64,000 bases of DNA from Candidatus Blackburnbacteria bacterium (lineage in GTDB: Bacteria > Patescibacteriota > Microgenomatia > UBA8517 > UBA10165), in assembly GCA_016183565.1 (NCBI GenBank), contig JACPEJ010000004.1, forward strand, positions 41,178-105,177, given 5' to 3'. The notes beneath the pieces are model-generated. The model made no database searches. It saw nothing but the letters and a program-made list of their open reading frames with translations, and had not been told where the DNA came from. Positions 20,017-29,336 of this stretch are shown in pieces (position 1 is the stretch's first letter; every line of letters begins with the position of its first letter). Made by a program: the position numbers and the translations under genes.

Positions 20017-21456
20017 ATGGTAGCAGAAGCACCTGTTAACATAGTTAGGCCAGGTTGTTATCCTGAGGACCAAGCACCAAGGTCATTCCTTCGTTCAACC
20101 TTACTTGAGCAAGTCATTAGACAGAAAGGCATAGAAGATACCCTAACATCCTCTGATCACCCATCTACGGGTTCTTCTGTAGATATGTTCATGCATGAAA
20201 TCCACAGGTATCCCATACTAAGATCTGAAAACGAGCAACGGCTGTTTAAACACATGTCTAATGGAGATTCTATAGAAGATCTTGCCAATGATGCAGAGTT
20301 TGTTGGGTCACTCGGACCGCGGGAGTTAATCAAGACCAGACGTGTTTTATTAGACTGCTCTTCGCTTGAACAAGTTGCTATCTGCTGCAACTTTGGTCTT
20401 GTAATAGAGTTTGGGAAACCATTTATGCGAGTTATGTCGCTTGAAGATATTATCCAGGAAGGAGCCCTTGGTTTAAGGGAAGCGGTTCGTAAATTCGATT
20501 ACAAACGAGGCTATAAACTTTCAACTTATGCATGTTGGTGGATTAAACAAAGTATCCAATGTGCCCTTGCAGATACCGGTACCACAATAAGATTTCCCGT
20601 GCATGTGCATGAAAAACTTAGCGCTGCTAACAAAATAAGTCAAGGGTATAGTTTCAGATACGGAGAAGACCCGCTTCCGGGTGAGTTAAGGGATTTAATT
20701 TTAGCCAGGAAGGATATCAGTCCAACCGAAGCTGACTCTGTAATTAGAATTCTCTCTTTAGGTATACATAATCCATTATCTCTTAAGCCTTTATCTCTTG
20801 ATCATGCTGTTGACGCTCATCACGAGACAGAACTTGTTGAACTCATCCCTGATAGAACACAGGACGTTGATGGCGAAGCACTAGGTCTTGTTGAGAACTC
20901 CGACACACAAGCAAGGGTTAGGCGAGCTTTAGACAACCACCCCACACTTACTCCGCGGCAGCGCAGATTGTTAGAGGAACGTTTCGGCCTTGTGGACAGG
21001 AAAGGGAAAACTTTAGACCAAGTAGGAAAAATGTTCGGTCTTACAAGAGAAAGGGTGAGACAAATTGAAGCGAAAGCGTTAAAAATACTATATGACGACC
21101 CAGATCTTCGGCAGATATGGGAAGCTGACGGTGTACCTTTAGAGCAAATATCTAATGGTAAAATCCACAAAGTACCGCAAGTATTTCAGTCGAGAGTTCA
21201 CTGGGGCCAGGAGGTTGTTGAATCCGCACGTAAAGATCCGGCAGTCTGGGAACAATTCTCAAGACGCGCGCAGTCTATGTTTGAGTTCTACTTCTGCCGA
21301 TCCGAGCATTTAGTTAGCAAAAGACGCCTAGCAGCAATTTTTAAGATTGATATGGAACAGTTGGATAAAGAAGTCTCGGACTATTTAAGCGAGGTGGTCC
21401 GGCTTTTGTGGAGTGAACGCAAAAGAACAATGAAAAAATGGGCTGTCAATACTTGA
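20017..21456 (+). CDS. Divergent RpoD-like sigma70 factor with C-terminal extension
   Basis: DIIQEGALGL..AV.KFDY.RGYKLSTYACWWIKQSI; [18 protein letters not shown]; about 120 extra C-terminal residues. Confidence 0.85.
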   Translation: MVAEAPVNIVRPGCYPEDQAPRSFLRSTLLEQVIRQKGIEDTLTSSDHPSTGSSVDMFMHEIHRYPILRSENEQRLFKHMSNGDSIEDLANDAEFVGSLGPRELIKTRRVLLDCSSLEQVAICCNFGLVIEFGKPFMRVMSLEDIIQEGALGLREAVRKFDYKRGYKLSTYACWWIKQSIQCALADTGTTIRFPVHVHEKLSAANKISQGYSFRYGEDPLPGELRDLILARKDISPTEADSVIRILSLGIHNPLSLKPLSLDHAVDAHHETELVELIPDRTQDVDGEALGLVENSDTQARVRRALDNHPTLTPRQRRLLEERFGLVDRKGKTLDQVGKMFGLTRERVRQIEAKALKILYDDPDLRQIWEADGVPLEQISNGKIHKVPQVFQSRVHWGQEVVESARKDPAVWEQFSRRAQSMFEFYFCRSEHLVSKRRLAAIFKIDMEQLDKEVSDYLSEVVRLLWSERKRTMKKWAVNT

Positions 21457-21502
21457 CAAATGCTGAGGTAATCGTGTATATAAATAATATTACAGGTTAA
21501 GT

Positions 21503-22201
21503 ATGGCTATAGAAAGAATAATCTTCGCACTAAGACAAGACCAAATGCTTAAAGCTGCTGCAGCAGCTGAAAAAAGTGCCAGGATGATGCGAAGCGGAAA
21601 AAGACAAGAAGCTGGTAATCTGTTAACCCAAGCTCAGGAATCTCTCGATAAAGCAGAGACTATAGACGCATCAGTATACCCCAAAATTATGGACGTTCTC
21701 CACACTAACGGCATAGAAGATCCGCCTGTTAGTCTTCTTAGAGAGATAGTTGAAGCAGATGAGCAAAACAAATTTGTTCCTGGCGAAAAAGAAGCAAAAG
21801 AACCAGATAACTTCTTGCTCACTTCCCAACAAATTGCTTTTATTGCTCAAGCCCTTTTGCAAAAAGATAGAGGTGCGCTCCGTGACCTTGGAATCAACAT
21901 TGAACAAGAAGACGAAGAAACACTACGCAGACTAATAAAGACAATACTCGTAGGAGATGTTGGTATTCCAAACGATCCGCAATTTTTGAAAGAAACCGAG
22001 TCTAGGCTAACTGCTCTCCTTGCAAATTCTGAGGAGTCTTTTCCTGCAGTAACCGGCGCAACAAAAGAATTACTTTTTATTTTAGGGGAGGCTAAAGATC
22101 CTTTACGTATTGCAACTTACCTTACAGCAGCACCTCCAAAGCCTAGGTTTGCCAAACTAACGCCTCAGGAAGTCGAAGAGCTTAGATCAAGACAAAGATA
22201 A
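21503..22201 (+). CDS. Hypothetical helical protein
   Basis: 232-aa ORF with TTGACA upstream. Confidence 0.65.
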   Translation: MAIERIIFALRQDQMLKAAAAAEKSARMMRSGKRQEAGNLLTQAQESLDKAETIDASVYPKIMDVLHTNGIEDPPVSLLREIVEADEQNKFVPGEKEAKEPDNFLLTSQQIAFIAQALLQKDRGALRDLGINIEQEDEETLRRLIKTILVGDVGIPNDPQFLKETESRLTALLANSEESFPAVTGATKELLFILGEAKDPLRIATYLTAAPPKPRFAKLTPQEVEELRSRQR

Positions 22202-22398
22202 TCTCTGCCGCCAAAAAACCACCATTAAATGATTCCAAAATCTCCATCGGCGACAAAATCCTGAAGGTATCTGTAGAATAAGAATTTGGCTTAATGGAAG
22301 GTTTTTGAGCAGATACTTGCAAAATTTTGTATTATTTGGTATATTATGTTTGTGGAACGAGAGAGTTTTTACTCTCCATGACGCTAAAGTTCAAAAAC

Positions 22399-22827
22399 CT
22401 AAGCGTGAGGCGTTCCACTTTTTTGTATTCTCACGCCTTTCTGTTTTTTGTCCATAACTGAATAAAATATTTTATTCTTTTCTTTATCTTCTATCAAAAT
22501 CACTCTGACTTTCCTAAGCGCTTCATTACCATTCTCTTTAATCATAATTACCGCCTCCAAGGCATAAAAAGTTTTTTCGCCTTTGGTAGTTACATTTTGT
22601 ATGGTAGTTGATTTTTCAATAATCTCTTTGGCATAAGAAACAAGTTTTAGTCTTCTATATGTATCTTGATAGGTTCGTTTCTTTGATCCTGTTGCCCCAG
22701 TTATATGGCGCCATCCCATTAAAGAAACTCTTATATATGTTTTTAAAGCAGGGGAATAAGTTTTTTCTTTTCTCCATTTGTCATAAAATTTCCAAACCTC
22801 TTTTTTGATTTTTTTTAGATTTTCCAT
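22399..22827 (-). CDS. Basic hypothetical protein, possibly BECR/RelE-like fold
   Basis: Lys/Arg-rich; GWRHI and VRVILIED...IFYSVM pattern; fold is a guess. Confidence 0.55.
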   Translation of the reverse strand: MENLKKIKKEVWKFYDKWRKEKTYSPALKTYIRVSLMGWRHITGATGSKKRTYQDTYRRLKLVSYAKEIIEKSTTIQNVTTKGEKTFYALEAVIMIKENGNEALRKVRVILIEDKEKNKIFYSVMDKKQKGVRIQKSGTPHA

Positions 22828-22958
22828 ATATTCTTACTTTACGTAAATACTTTTCTTCATTCTTAGCATGGCAAATACTGAACTGAAAGTAAAGTTATTA
22901 AAGAAAATCCTATCACTGTTTATTTGCTATTTTAATTCAAATTTGGAACAATAATTCT

Positions 22959-23146
22959 ATGAAAGTAAAAGGATATACAAAACTTTGGAAGCTTATACTA
23001 CTTGTTATCATTCTACTAATTTTATTTGTTCCAATTCCTTATCAAAAAAATATGGTTTCTGCGAACCATGGATTTCCGATTGTGTTCATGTAAAATGGTA
23101 CTTAGGTCCATCTTTGTGGCAACGTTTTACCTCCTTGTTTTATTGA
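22959..23146 (+). pseudogene. Small membrane protein split by a frameshift in an A7 run
   Basis: MKVKGYTKLWKLILLVIILLILFVPIPYQK continues as YGFCEPWISDCVHVKWYLGPSLWQRF if one A is added near 23044-23050. Confidence 0.4.
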
Positions 23147-23439
23147 ACAATTTAGAGAGTAAAACCTCGTTTAATAGTTAAGTATTATTTTTTAAGTTGG
23201 GAATAAATACGACCTCTCAGTGAGAAATTGAACCTCCTGCTGATTTTAAGGCAACGGCAGGATAAAACTTATTCATGGAGTTTTTTGATTGCAGATATTT
23301 GATTTCTGATAAAGTTTGACCCTTGGAAAATGAGTGGCGCAACCCCAAAGATATAATCAAAAAGCAAAAGGCCATCACTTACAACAGGTGACTGTCTTGA
23401 CACAGGGATTGAATCAGACTTTCTGGTTTATCGCATAAT

Positions 23440-23520
23440 AACGCCTTATGTTTTTTAGCGGCGCTTTTAAAAAAGTCTAAGCTCTTTTCTGTAAGTGTCA
23501 ATGTTACCTTGGTCTTTTTT
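23440..23520 (-). pseudogene. CopG/BrnA-like antitoxin remnant
   Basis: KKTKVTLTLTEKSLDF, frameshift, then KSAAKKHK. Confidence 0.4.
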
Positions 23521-23576
23521 CATTTTCGTCTGCAGAGGACCAACTATGTCTTGAAGAAGTCAAGCGTCTAATTCCT

Positions 23577-24665
23577 CTATGGTTTAGGGGATTCTAGGAG
23601 AAAAGGAGAACCACCACCTACCAATCTTCGTATATCTTGTATTGTAACCAAAAAGATTAAGGTCAGAAGAATAATAAGACCGGCTATGTGGATTACTTTT
23701 TCAAAAGATGGCAAAATTCTTTTGCCAAACAAGGTTTCTGCAACAATAAACAAGAGTCTGCCACCGTCTAGTGCAGGAAAAGGAACTATGTTTAAAACAG
23801 CAAGATTAATAGAAAGGATGGCGATAAAGGTAAGGAGGGGTAAAATCCCAAGTTTTGCAAAAGCACTTGTTACTTGGAAAATGCCGATCGGCCCAGTAAC
23901 TCCTGAGGGAGCTTCCCCTCGGATTGCGCCAGTAATCATACTCCAAAAGCCCAAAACAGTATTACCAACCCAAGTAGTTGCTTCGCTAAATCCGTACCAG
24001 AATGAGACAAAAGGCCGCTGCCAAAAGGGAGGTTGCGCCAAGATCATATCAGATACTGCAACTCCTAAAGGACCTTCGTGTTTGGGCGGATCGATACGCG
24101 GAACGACTCTAATCTCAAACTCTTGGCTATCTCGCTTAACGGTTAATAAAATTTCTTTACCTTTGTTTTGGTCAACTATTGAGATGAATTTTTGTACTTG
24201 GTCAACTTTTTCGTTGTTAACTTTTAGAATTTCATCTCCTTCTGCCAATCCAACTTGTTGTGCAGGAGAGTTTTCTGCAATCGCGTTTACCTGTATTTTG
24301 TCTGTAGTTTGCGGGATTCCTTGTGCCCAAAAAACAATACCAAATGCTAAAACACCCAAAAGGAAATTTGCTAAAACTCCTGCGATTGAGACAAGGGCGC
24401 GAACTCCTTTTCCTTTGTAGTAGAAAGAGCGGTTGCGGTTTTTTGTGACAGCGGAATCTTCTCCATAAAGCCGTACAAAACCCCCTATAGGGATTGCGTT
24501 AAGGGAATAGATTGTTTCACCAATTTTTTTACTGATAAGGCGAGGTGGAAAACCTAAGGCGAACTCTTCAATTTTGATCCCGGATTTTTTTGCAACAATG
24601 AAATGTCCAAACTCATGGACAAAAATTAAAAGAGAAAGAACGGCTATGAAAATAATTATGGTCAT
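23577..24665 (-). CDS. rseP: RIP metalloprotease RseP (M50 with PDZ)
   Basis: HEFGH, NAIPIGGFV, PDZ domain, NIVPFPALDGG. Confidence 0.93.
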   Translation of the reverse strand: MTIIIFIAVLSLLIFVHEFGHFIVAKKSGIKIEEFALGFPPRLISKKIGETIYSLNAIPIGGFVRLYGEDSAVTKNRNRSFYYKGKGVRALVSIAGVLANFLLGVLAFGIVFWAQGIPQTTDKIQVNAIAENSPAQQVGLAEGDEILKVNNEKVDQVQKFISIVDQNKGKEILLTVKRDSQEFEIRVVPRIDPPKHEGPLGVAVSDMILAQPPFWQRPFVSFWYGFSEATTWVGNTVLGFWSMITGAIRGEAPSGVTGPIGIFQVTSAFAKLGILPLLTFIAILSINLAVLNIVPFPALDGGRLLFIVAETLFGKRILPSFEKVIHIAGLIILLTLIFLVTIQDIRRLVGGGSPFLLESPKP

Positions 24666-25234
24666 AGTGAGCGTAGCTCACTTTCCTTTGTCTTCCCCAT
24701 TTCGTCAATCTTCCCTGTGTACTCATCTGTTAATGCTTGTATTTTCTTCTCTTCTCTGTCTCTTTCATCTTCGGAGAGTTCTTTGTTTTCAAAAGATTCT
24801 TTTATCTCTCGCATTCTATCTTGTCTAACTTGTCTTATCTTTACGCGACCAGATTCAAGTTTTTGGTGCAAAAGTCTTATGTAATTTTCGCGATCTTCGG
24901 CAGTTAAAGGAGGAAGGTTGATTCGTAATTCATCTCCGGTTATAACGGGGTTAAGTCCAACATTTGCCTCCAGTATCCCCTTTCTTATTTCACCAACTAT
25001 GCTTTTGTCCCAAGGGGAAATAAGAAGACTTTGAGGGTCAGGGGCTGTAATTGTTGCTAATTCGATTAAACGAAGTTTTGCTCCGCCAGCTGGCGGACCA
25101 CCGTAGGCTGGGACAACAATATCTTCAACTAATGCTGGGGTTGCGCGACCAGTGCGGATACCTCCCATTTCCCGGCGAACTTCTTCTAAACCATGGTCCA
25201 TCCGTTCTCTTGTTTGTGCCTCGTCCATACTCAT
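24662..25234 (-). CDS. frr: Ribosome recycling factor
   Basis: IRTGRA, PWDK, LPPLT.E.R; PPAGG insert. Confidence 0.95.
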   Translation of the reverse strand: MSMDEAQTRERMDHGLEEVRREMGGIRTGRATPALVEDIVVPAYGGPPAGGAKLRLIELATITAPDPQSLLISPWDKSIVGEIRKGILEANVGLNPVITGDELRINLPPLTAEDRENYIRLLHQKLESGRVKIRQVRQDRMREIKESFENKELSEDERDREEKKIQALTDEYTGKIDEMGKTKESELRSL

Positions 25235-25683
25235 ATTTCAAATCTCTTGAAATCTTGAATTTGTATGTTTTCTCCTGTTTTGGCAATAACGCCTTGTACT
25301 AAAGCATCAATTGTTGTGCTGGGATCTCTAATGTAGTCTTGTTTTTTTAGGTCTTCTACGCTTTCTGGTTTCATAGAAGCAATTTGCATTGCGATTTCGC
25401 GTCCTAATTCTTGAAACTCATCAGTTCGTGCAACAAAATCGGTTTCACAAAGTATCGCGACTATTGATCCGACAGTTCCGGAGTGGTGAATGTAGGAGAA
25501 TATACGGCCTGTTTTTGTCTCGCGACTGGCCTTTTTAGCAGCACGAGTAAATCCAGCTTCTTTCAAAATCTGTCGGGCTTTGTCTTCGTTTCCACGAGAT
25601 TCCTCTAAAGCCCGTTTAACATCCATAACACTAGCACTCGTAGCCTTACGGAGTTTTTTGATTTGGTCAAGAGAGATAGACAT
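25231..25683 (-). CDS. tsf: Elongation factor Ts (short form)
   Basis: IKKLRKAT, SYIH, CETDFVAR, GENI. Confidence 0.93.
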   Translation of the reverse strand: MSISLDQIKKLRKATSASVMDVKRALEESRGNEDKARQILKEAGFTRAAKKASRETKTGRIFSYIHHSGTVGSIVAILCETDFVARTDEFQELGREIAMQIASMKPESVEDLKKQDYIRDPSTTIDALVQGVIAKTGENIQIQDFKRFEI

Positions 25684-25777
25684 AATTTTCAATTTACAAT
25701 TTTTAATTTTCAATCAAGTATCATTCATTCAATTTTCAATGAAAATTAATCAATGAAAATTGTAAATTAAAAACTGA

Positions 25778-26491
25778 TCATTTTTTCAGGGTTGCAGTCT
25801 TTTGTTCCTCGAACTTTTTCTTTCCTTCCTCAATCGCTTTCCCAACAAAATCAAGTATGAGCGATATTGCTTTCACTGCGTCATCGTTTGCTGGGATAGG
25901 ATAGTTGACCAGGTCGGGATTTGCGTTAGTGTCAACTATTGCAACCATTGGTACACCAAGTTGATTGGCTTCTTTAACGACACCGTCTTCTTTGTGAGTA
26001 TCAACTACAAAAATCATATCAGGAATGTTTTTTAAATTCACTAGTCCTCCGAAGAGTCTTTCCAGACGTCCGATTTCTCTATCTATCAAGAGCTTTTCTT
26101 TCTTGGTGTAACCTTTGAATCCTCCGGATTCTCTTTTTTCTCTCAAGTCACTTAACTTTTTGACAGATCGGCGCATTTGCTCAAAATTGGTTAGTGTTCC
26201 TCCAAGCCAACGATGGGTAACATATGGCATTCCTGTTTTTTTAGCTAAATCTTGAATTAAATCTTTGGCTTGTCTTTTTGTGCCAACTAAAAGGATTGCT
26301 CCGCCTTTTGAAACTGTGTCTTTTATAGCTTTAGCAGCTTCCAAAAGAGCATCGCGAGTTTTTGCAAGGTCAAAAATATGCACACCTTCGCGGCTGCCAT
26401 AGATAAATGGGGCCATTTGAGGATCCCAACGACGGGTCTGGTGTCCAAAATGCACACCAGCCTCCAATAATTCTTCTAAAGTTATGTCCAT
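25778..26491 (-). CDS. rpsB: 30S ribosomal protein S2
   Basis: LLEAGVHFGH, RWLGGTLTN, PANDDA; start at MDITLEE with AAGGAG RBS. Confidence 0.96.
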   Translation of the reverse strand: MDITLEELLEAGVHFGHQTRRWDPQMAPFIYGSREGVHIFDLAKTRDALLEAAKAIKDTVSKGGAILLVGTKRQAKDLIQDLAKKTGMPYVTHRWLGGTLTNFEQMRRSVKKLSDLREKRESGGFKGYTKKEKLLIDREIGRLERLFGGLVNLKNIPDMIFVVDTHKEDGVVKEANQLGVPMVAIVDTNANPDLVNYPIPANDDAVKAISLILDFVGKAIEEGKKKFEEQKTATLKK

Positions 26492-26499
26492 TGACTCCT

Positions 26500-26552
26500 T
26501 AAACCACCATCCGACAGAAGCTTCAGGAGTCCAGCCGGATGTGAGTGATGTC
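26500..26552 (-). promoter_or_regulatory. Structured rpsB 5' leader (possible S2 autoregulation)
   Basis: CATCCGGC/GTCGGATG stem between a TAAAAT -10 box and the RBS. Confidence 0.5.
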
Positions 26553-26612
26553 CTGTATTTTACCAGAAACAAATTTGCCGCGCAAACCTTATTGAAGTAT
26601 CTATAGATATTT

Positions 26613-28023
26613 GGAATATTAATATCTATTTTGTCTTCTTGAAAAACCAGCAGTATATTTTCTCTCTTCGAAAGGAAGACAATTGGTTGCAAATTTATAC
26701 CTTGCTCACTATCCCAATAAAGTTAAGGAACTTTTGCAAGATTTTAAAGATCATCTTAATGATGGAATAATACTTGAGGATAACAAGATTCAATTCTTTA
26801 CCCCAGCATTTTATGTGGTATTAGAAGAACTTATTCCCCTCTTAAAATTAAAACCTGATGCATATATGTATTATGAAGCTCCGCTGGCTTACGCCAGCGG
26901 TATCTTCTAGCTTCATATCGAATCGCGCTACGCGCTCTCGATATGTACTTCGTACCGCTTCATCCACGGACTCACGTCCGTGGTTTTCGCGATTCGCTAT
27001 AAAAACAAAATCTGGGAAGACTGGATGGATAACAACATCGTCGGAGAACGAATAGACGCCCAACATTTGACAATTAGATTATAGTTGAGTATTATACTCA
27101 GCATTATGTCCATAGATCTTGAGCAAGAGCTTGGAAAGTTCAGAGAAGACAGCATCCCAGGAAAGGCTTCCTTAGCAAGGGCGTTTAGTGCTGTATCAGA
27201 AGCTTGGAGAGAACAATATGGACCACTTCCAACAATAGGCAAAGTAACTCCAGCAGACAGTCATAAAACAGTGGATGATCCTTTAATCAGTCCTCATGAA
27301 CAAATTCGGACTTCCTTAGGACTTGCTCCAGAACAATTAGCACAACAACCAGATCAAATTACCCCAGATACTAAAGCGTATATCGGACCTTTAGTACATC
27401 GTGATAGTAAAGGCGAAATTATCCCAATTTTCAGTAAGCTAGGTAGTGTTGACCATGTCTATAGACCTGACGGTACAGAAATCCCTCGGTGGCGTTTACC
27501 GTATGGCGGTAAAAGCGTTTCTCAATTAGAATCGGAACTGGACGGTGCAGGAGTTTGGGTTAGTCCCGATGCAGGATACATACTAAGATACATGTTTAGG
27601 AGTAAAGAATTTACCACTCAAGCTAAACCCGAAGTTGCAGAACTGATGATGCCAACTGTTGAGGATATGGGATTCCCTGAAGTAACAAGATGGCAAATGC
27701 TTTTCGATCAGACAAAGGCTTTAGGGGGCGTATGCTCGCCTGAAATAGGTCCTTACCAAAGATTATACGATCGAGAACAAAAGCCCAACACTTGGTATTA
27801 TGTTGTTATGGAACCAATTGCTGACTCCTACGGCTATCCGCTCGTCTTCAGGGTGATACGGGATGGTGTCAGGCGTTGGTTGCGCGGCCATTGGGTTTAT
27901 CCTGACTACAGGTGGGATCCTACGACTCCGGTGGTTGTTACTCTTGGCAAGTAACACTTGTGCCGCTTATTCTCTTTAAATTTTGATCCTCGGAATATTA
28001 ATATCTATTTTGTCTTCTTGAAA
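26613..28023. repeat. 32-bp direct repeat bounding a 1.4-kb cassette
   Basis: GGAATATTAATATCTATTTTGTCTTCTTGAAA identical at 26613-26644 and 27992-28023. Confidence 0.9.
27106..27954 (+). CDS. Hypothetical protein with DGR-target-like C-terminus
   Basis: PEIGPYQRL...MEPIADSYGYPLVF....RWL..HW.YPDYRW; TTGACA/TATACT promoter just upstream. Confidence 0.65.
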   Translation: MSIDLEQELGKFREDSIPGKASLARAFSAVSEAWREQYGPLPTIGKVTPADSHKTVDDPLISPHEQIRTSLGLAPEQLAQQPDQITPDTKAYIGPLVHRDSKGEIIPIFSKLGSVDHVYRPDGTEIPRWRLPYGGKSVSQLESELDGAGVWVSPDAGYILRYMFRSKEFTTQAKPEVAELMMPTVEDMGFPEVTRWQMLFDQTKALGGVCSPEIGPYQRLYDREQKPNTWYYVVMEPIADSYGYPLVFRVIRDGVRRWLRGHWVYPDYRWDPTTPVVVTLGK

Positions 28024-28052
28024 GAATAGTTTACACGGAATATAGTTTGAGA

Positions 28053-28370
28053 ATGCTTACTAAAAATGATTTTGATCAAATCAGAGGGATAATAAGAGAA
28101 GAAGTAGAAAATGAGGTGCAAGCATCCAGAGACTCCTTAGATAGCACTATCAGAGAAGCACGTGTGAGGATACAGACGGATGTACGGGACCAAGCCGACA
28201 GAATTAAGAACTTGGAAATTCGTATAACGGGAAATCACAAAGAACTTAAAAAAGAAATTCGGCAAGTAGCCGACTTCCTGGATAAGGAAAACTTGAAAAC
28301 TCAAAAGCGTGTAAGCAGGATTGAAGACCATCTCGACTTACCCCTAATGCCATCTGGTTCAACCTCTTAA
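28053..28370 (+). CDS. Small coiled-coil protein
   Basis: MLTKNDFDQIR...RVSRIEDHL heptad pattern. Confidence 0.7.
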   Translation: MLTKNDFDQIRGIIREEVENEVQASRDSLDSTIREARVRIQTDVRDQADRIKNLEIRITGNHKELKKEIRQVADFLDKENLKTQKRVSRIEDHLDLPLMPSGSTS

Positions 28371-28376
28371 TTAATT

Positions 28377-28499
28377 TTAAAACGCTACCATTATCTTTTT
28401 AGAATTTTGTTTAGTTTTTTTGTGAAGACCAAGTTTTCTGCGAAGTTTTGCTGGGATGCTTATTTGACCCTGGGAAGTAATGGAAACTGTTTAAACCAT
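28377..28499 (-). pseudogene. AbrB/MazE-type antitoxin remnant
   Basis: MV*TVSITSQGQISIPAKLRRKLGL: stop at codon 3 and a truncated 3' end. Confidence 0.7.
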
Positions 28500-28524
28500 T
28501 TCGCATTACTTTTGTCAAGACACA

Positions 28525-29334
28525 TTAAGTCCTCTTACTCGCTGCCTCAACTAGGTTTTCGAGGAGACAGGCAACAGTCACTGGGCCAATGCCGCCTGGT
28601 ACGGGGGTAATAAATGATGCAACAGATTTTACTGAGTCAAAATCAACGTCTCCACCGGGTGCTCCAACGTCAATAACAATGGCGTTTTTTTTAATCATAT
28701 CTCCGTTGATAATCCGGGGGTTCCCTGTTGCAGAGATAACAATATCTGCTTTTTTCGTTTGGAACCAAACATCTTGAGTTGTTACGTCTATTTCAATAAC
28801 TTGTGCAGCGTAATCTTTCAAAACTTTAGTCAAAGCTCGGCCTACTATTCCAGTTGCCCCTACAACAGCCACCTTTACACTCACCAAGCTGAGCTTGGTG
28901 AGGCTAAGGCCTGCATCATTTAGTGCTACAAGGACAGCTTTTACAGTTGCAGGCAAAAAGGGCGAGTCGTCCCTCAAACCGTCAACATCTTTTTCTTTTG
29001 TAATAGCTTCCAGCAAAGCTTGCCAGTTTTTTTCCTGGAATGCAAATTCTCCTGAAGGGTGTTGTACTAGAATTCCGTGAACAGCAGGATCCTTTGAAGA
29101 TTCTCTGATTTGTGAGACTGCATCTTGCGCTCTATAGATCTCAATATCCTCAAATTCTATTCCGACACTTTGTGCTTTTTGCTTTTTGATCCGCGTATAC
29201 AAAGCGCTCCCTGGATCATCTGGTTTGTAGAAGCTTATAAGTTTTGGGGTAAAATGGAGTTTCGCAACTCTACGTCGCACATTCTCCGAAATTTCCTCGG
29301 CCTTTCTTTTTCCGTCAAAAATTTTTGCAGACAT
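28525..29334 (-). CDS. folD: Methylene-THF dehydrogenase/cyclohydrolase
   Basis: GILVQHP, KDVDGL, IDVG, ITPVPGGIGP. Confidence 0.93.
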   Translation of the reverse strand: MSAKIFDGKRKAEEISENVRRRVAKLHFTPKLISFYKPDDPGSALYTRIKKQKAQSVGIEFEDIEIYRAQDAVSQIRESSKDPAVHGILVQHPSGEFAFQEKNWQALLEAITKEKDVDGLRDDSPFLPATVKAVLVALNDAGLSLTKLSLVSVKVAVVGATGIVGRALTKVLKDYAAQVIEIDVTTQDVWFQTKKADIVISATGNPRIINGDMIKKNAIVIDVGAPGGDVDFDSVKSVASFITPVPGGIGPVTVACLLENLVEAASKRT

Positions 29335-29336
29335 GG

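Noticed and set aside
23686-24420. Long antisense ORFs (also 1410-2102, 57616-58242 and those opposite copA and dnaX)
   Set aside because: They are shadows of well-supported genes on the other strand and have no motifs of their own.
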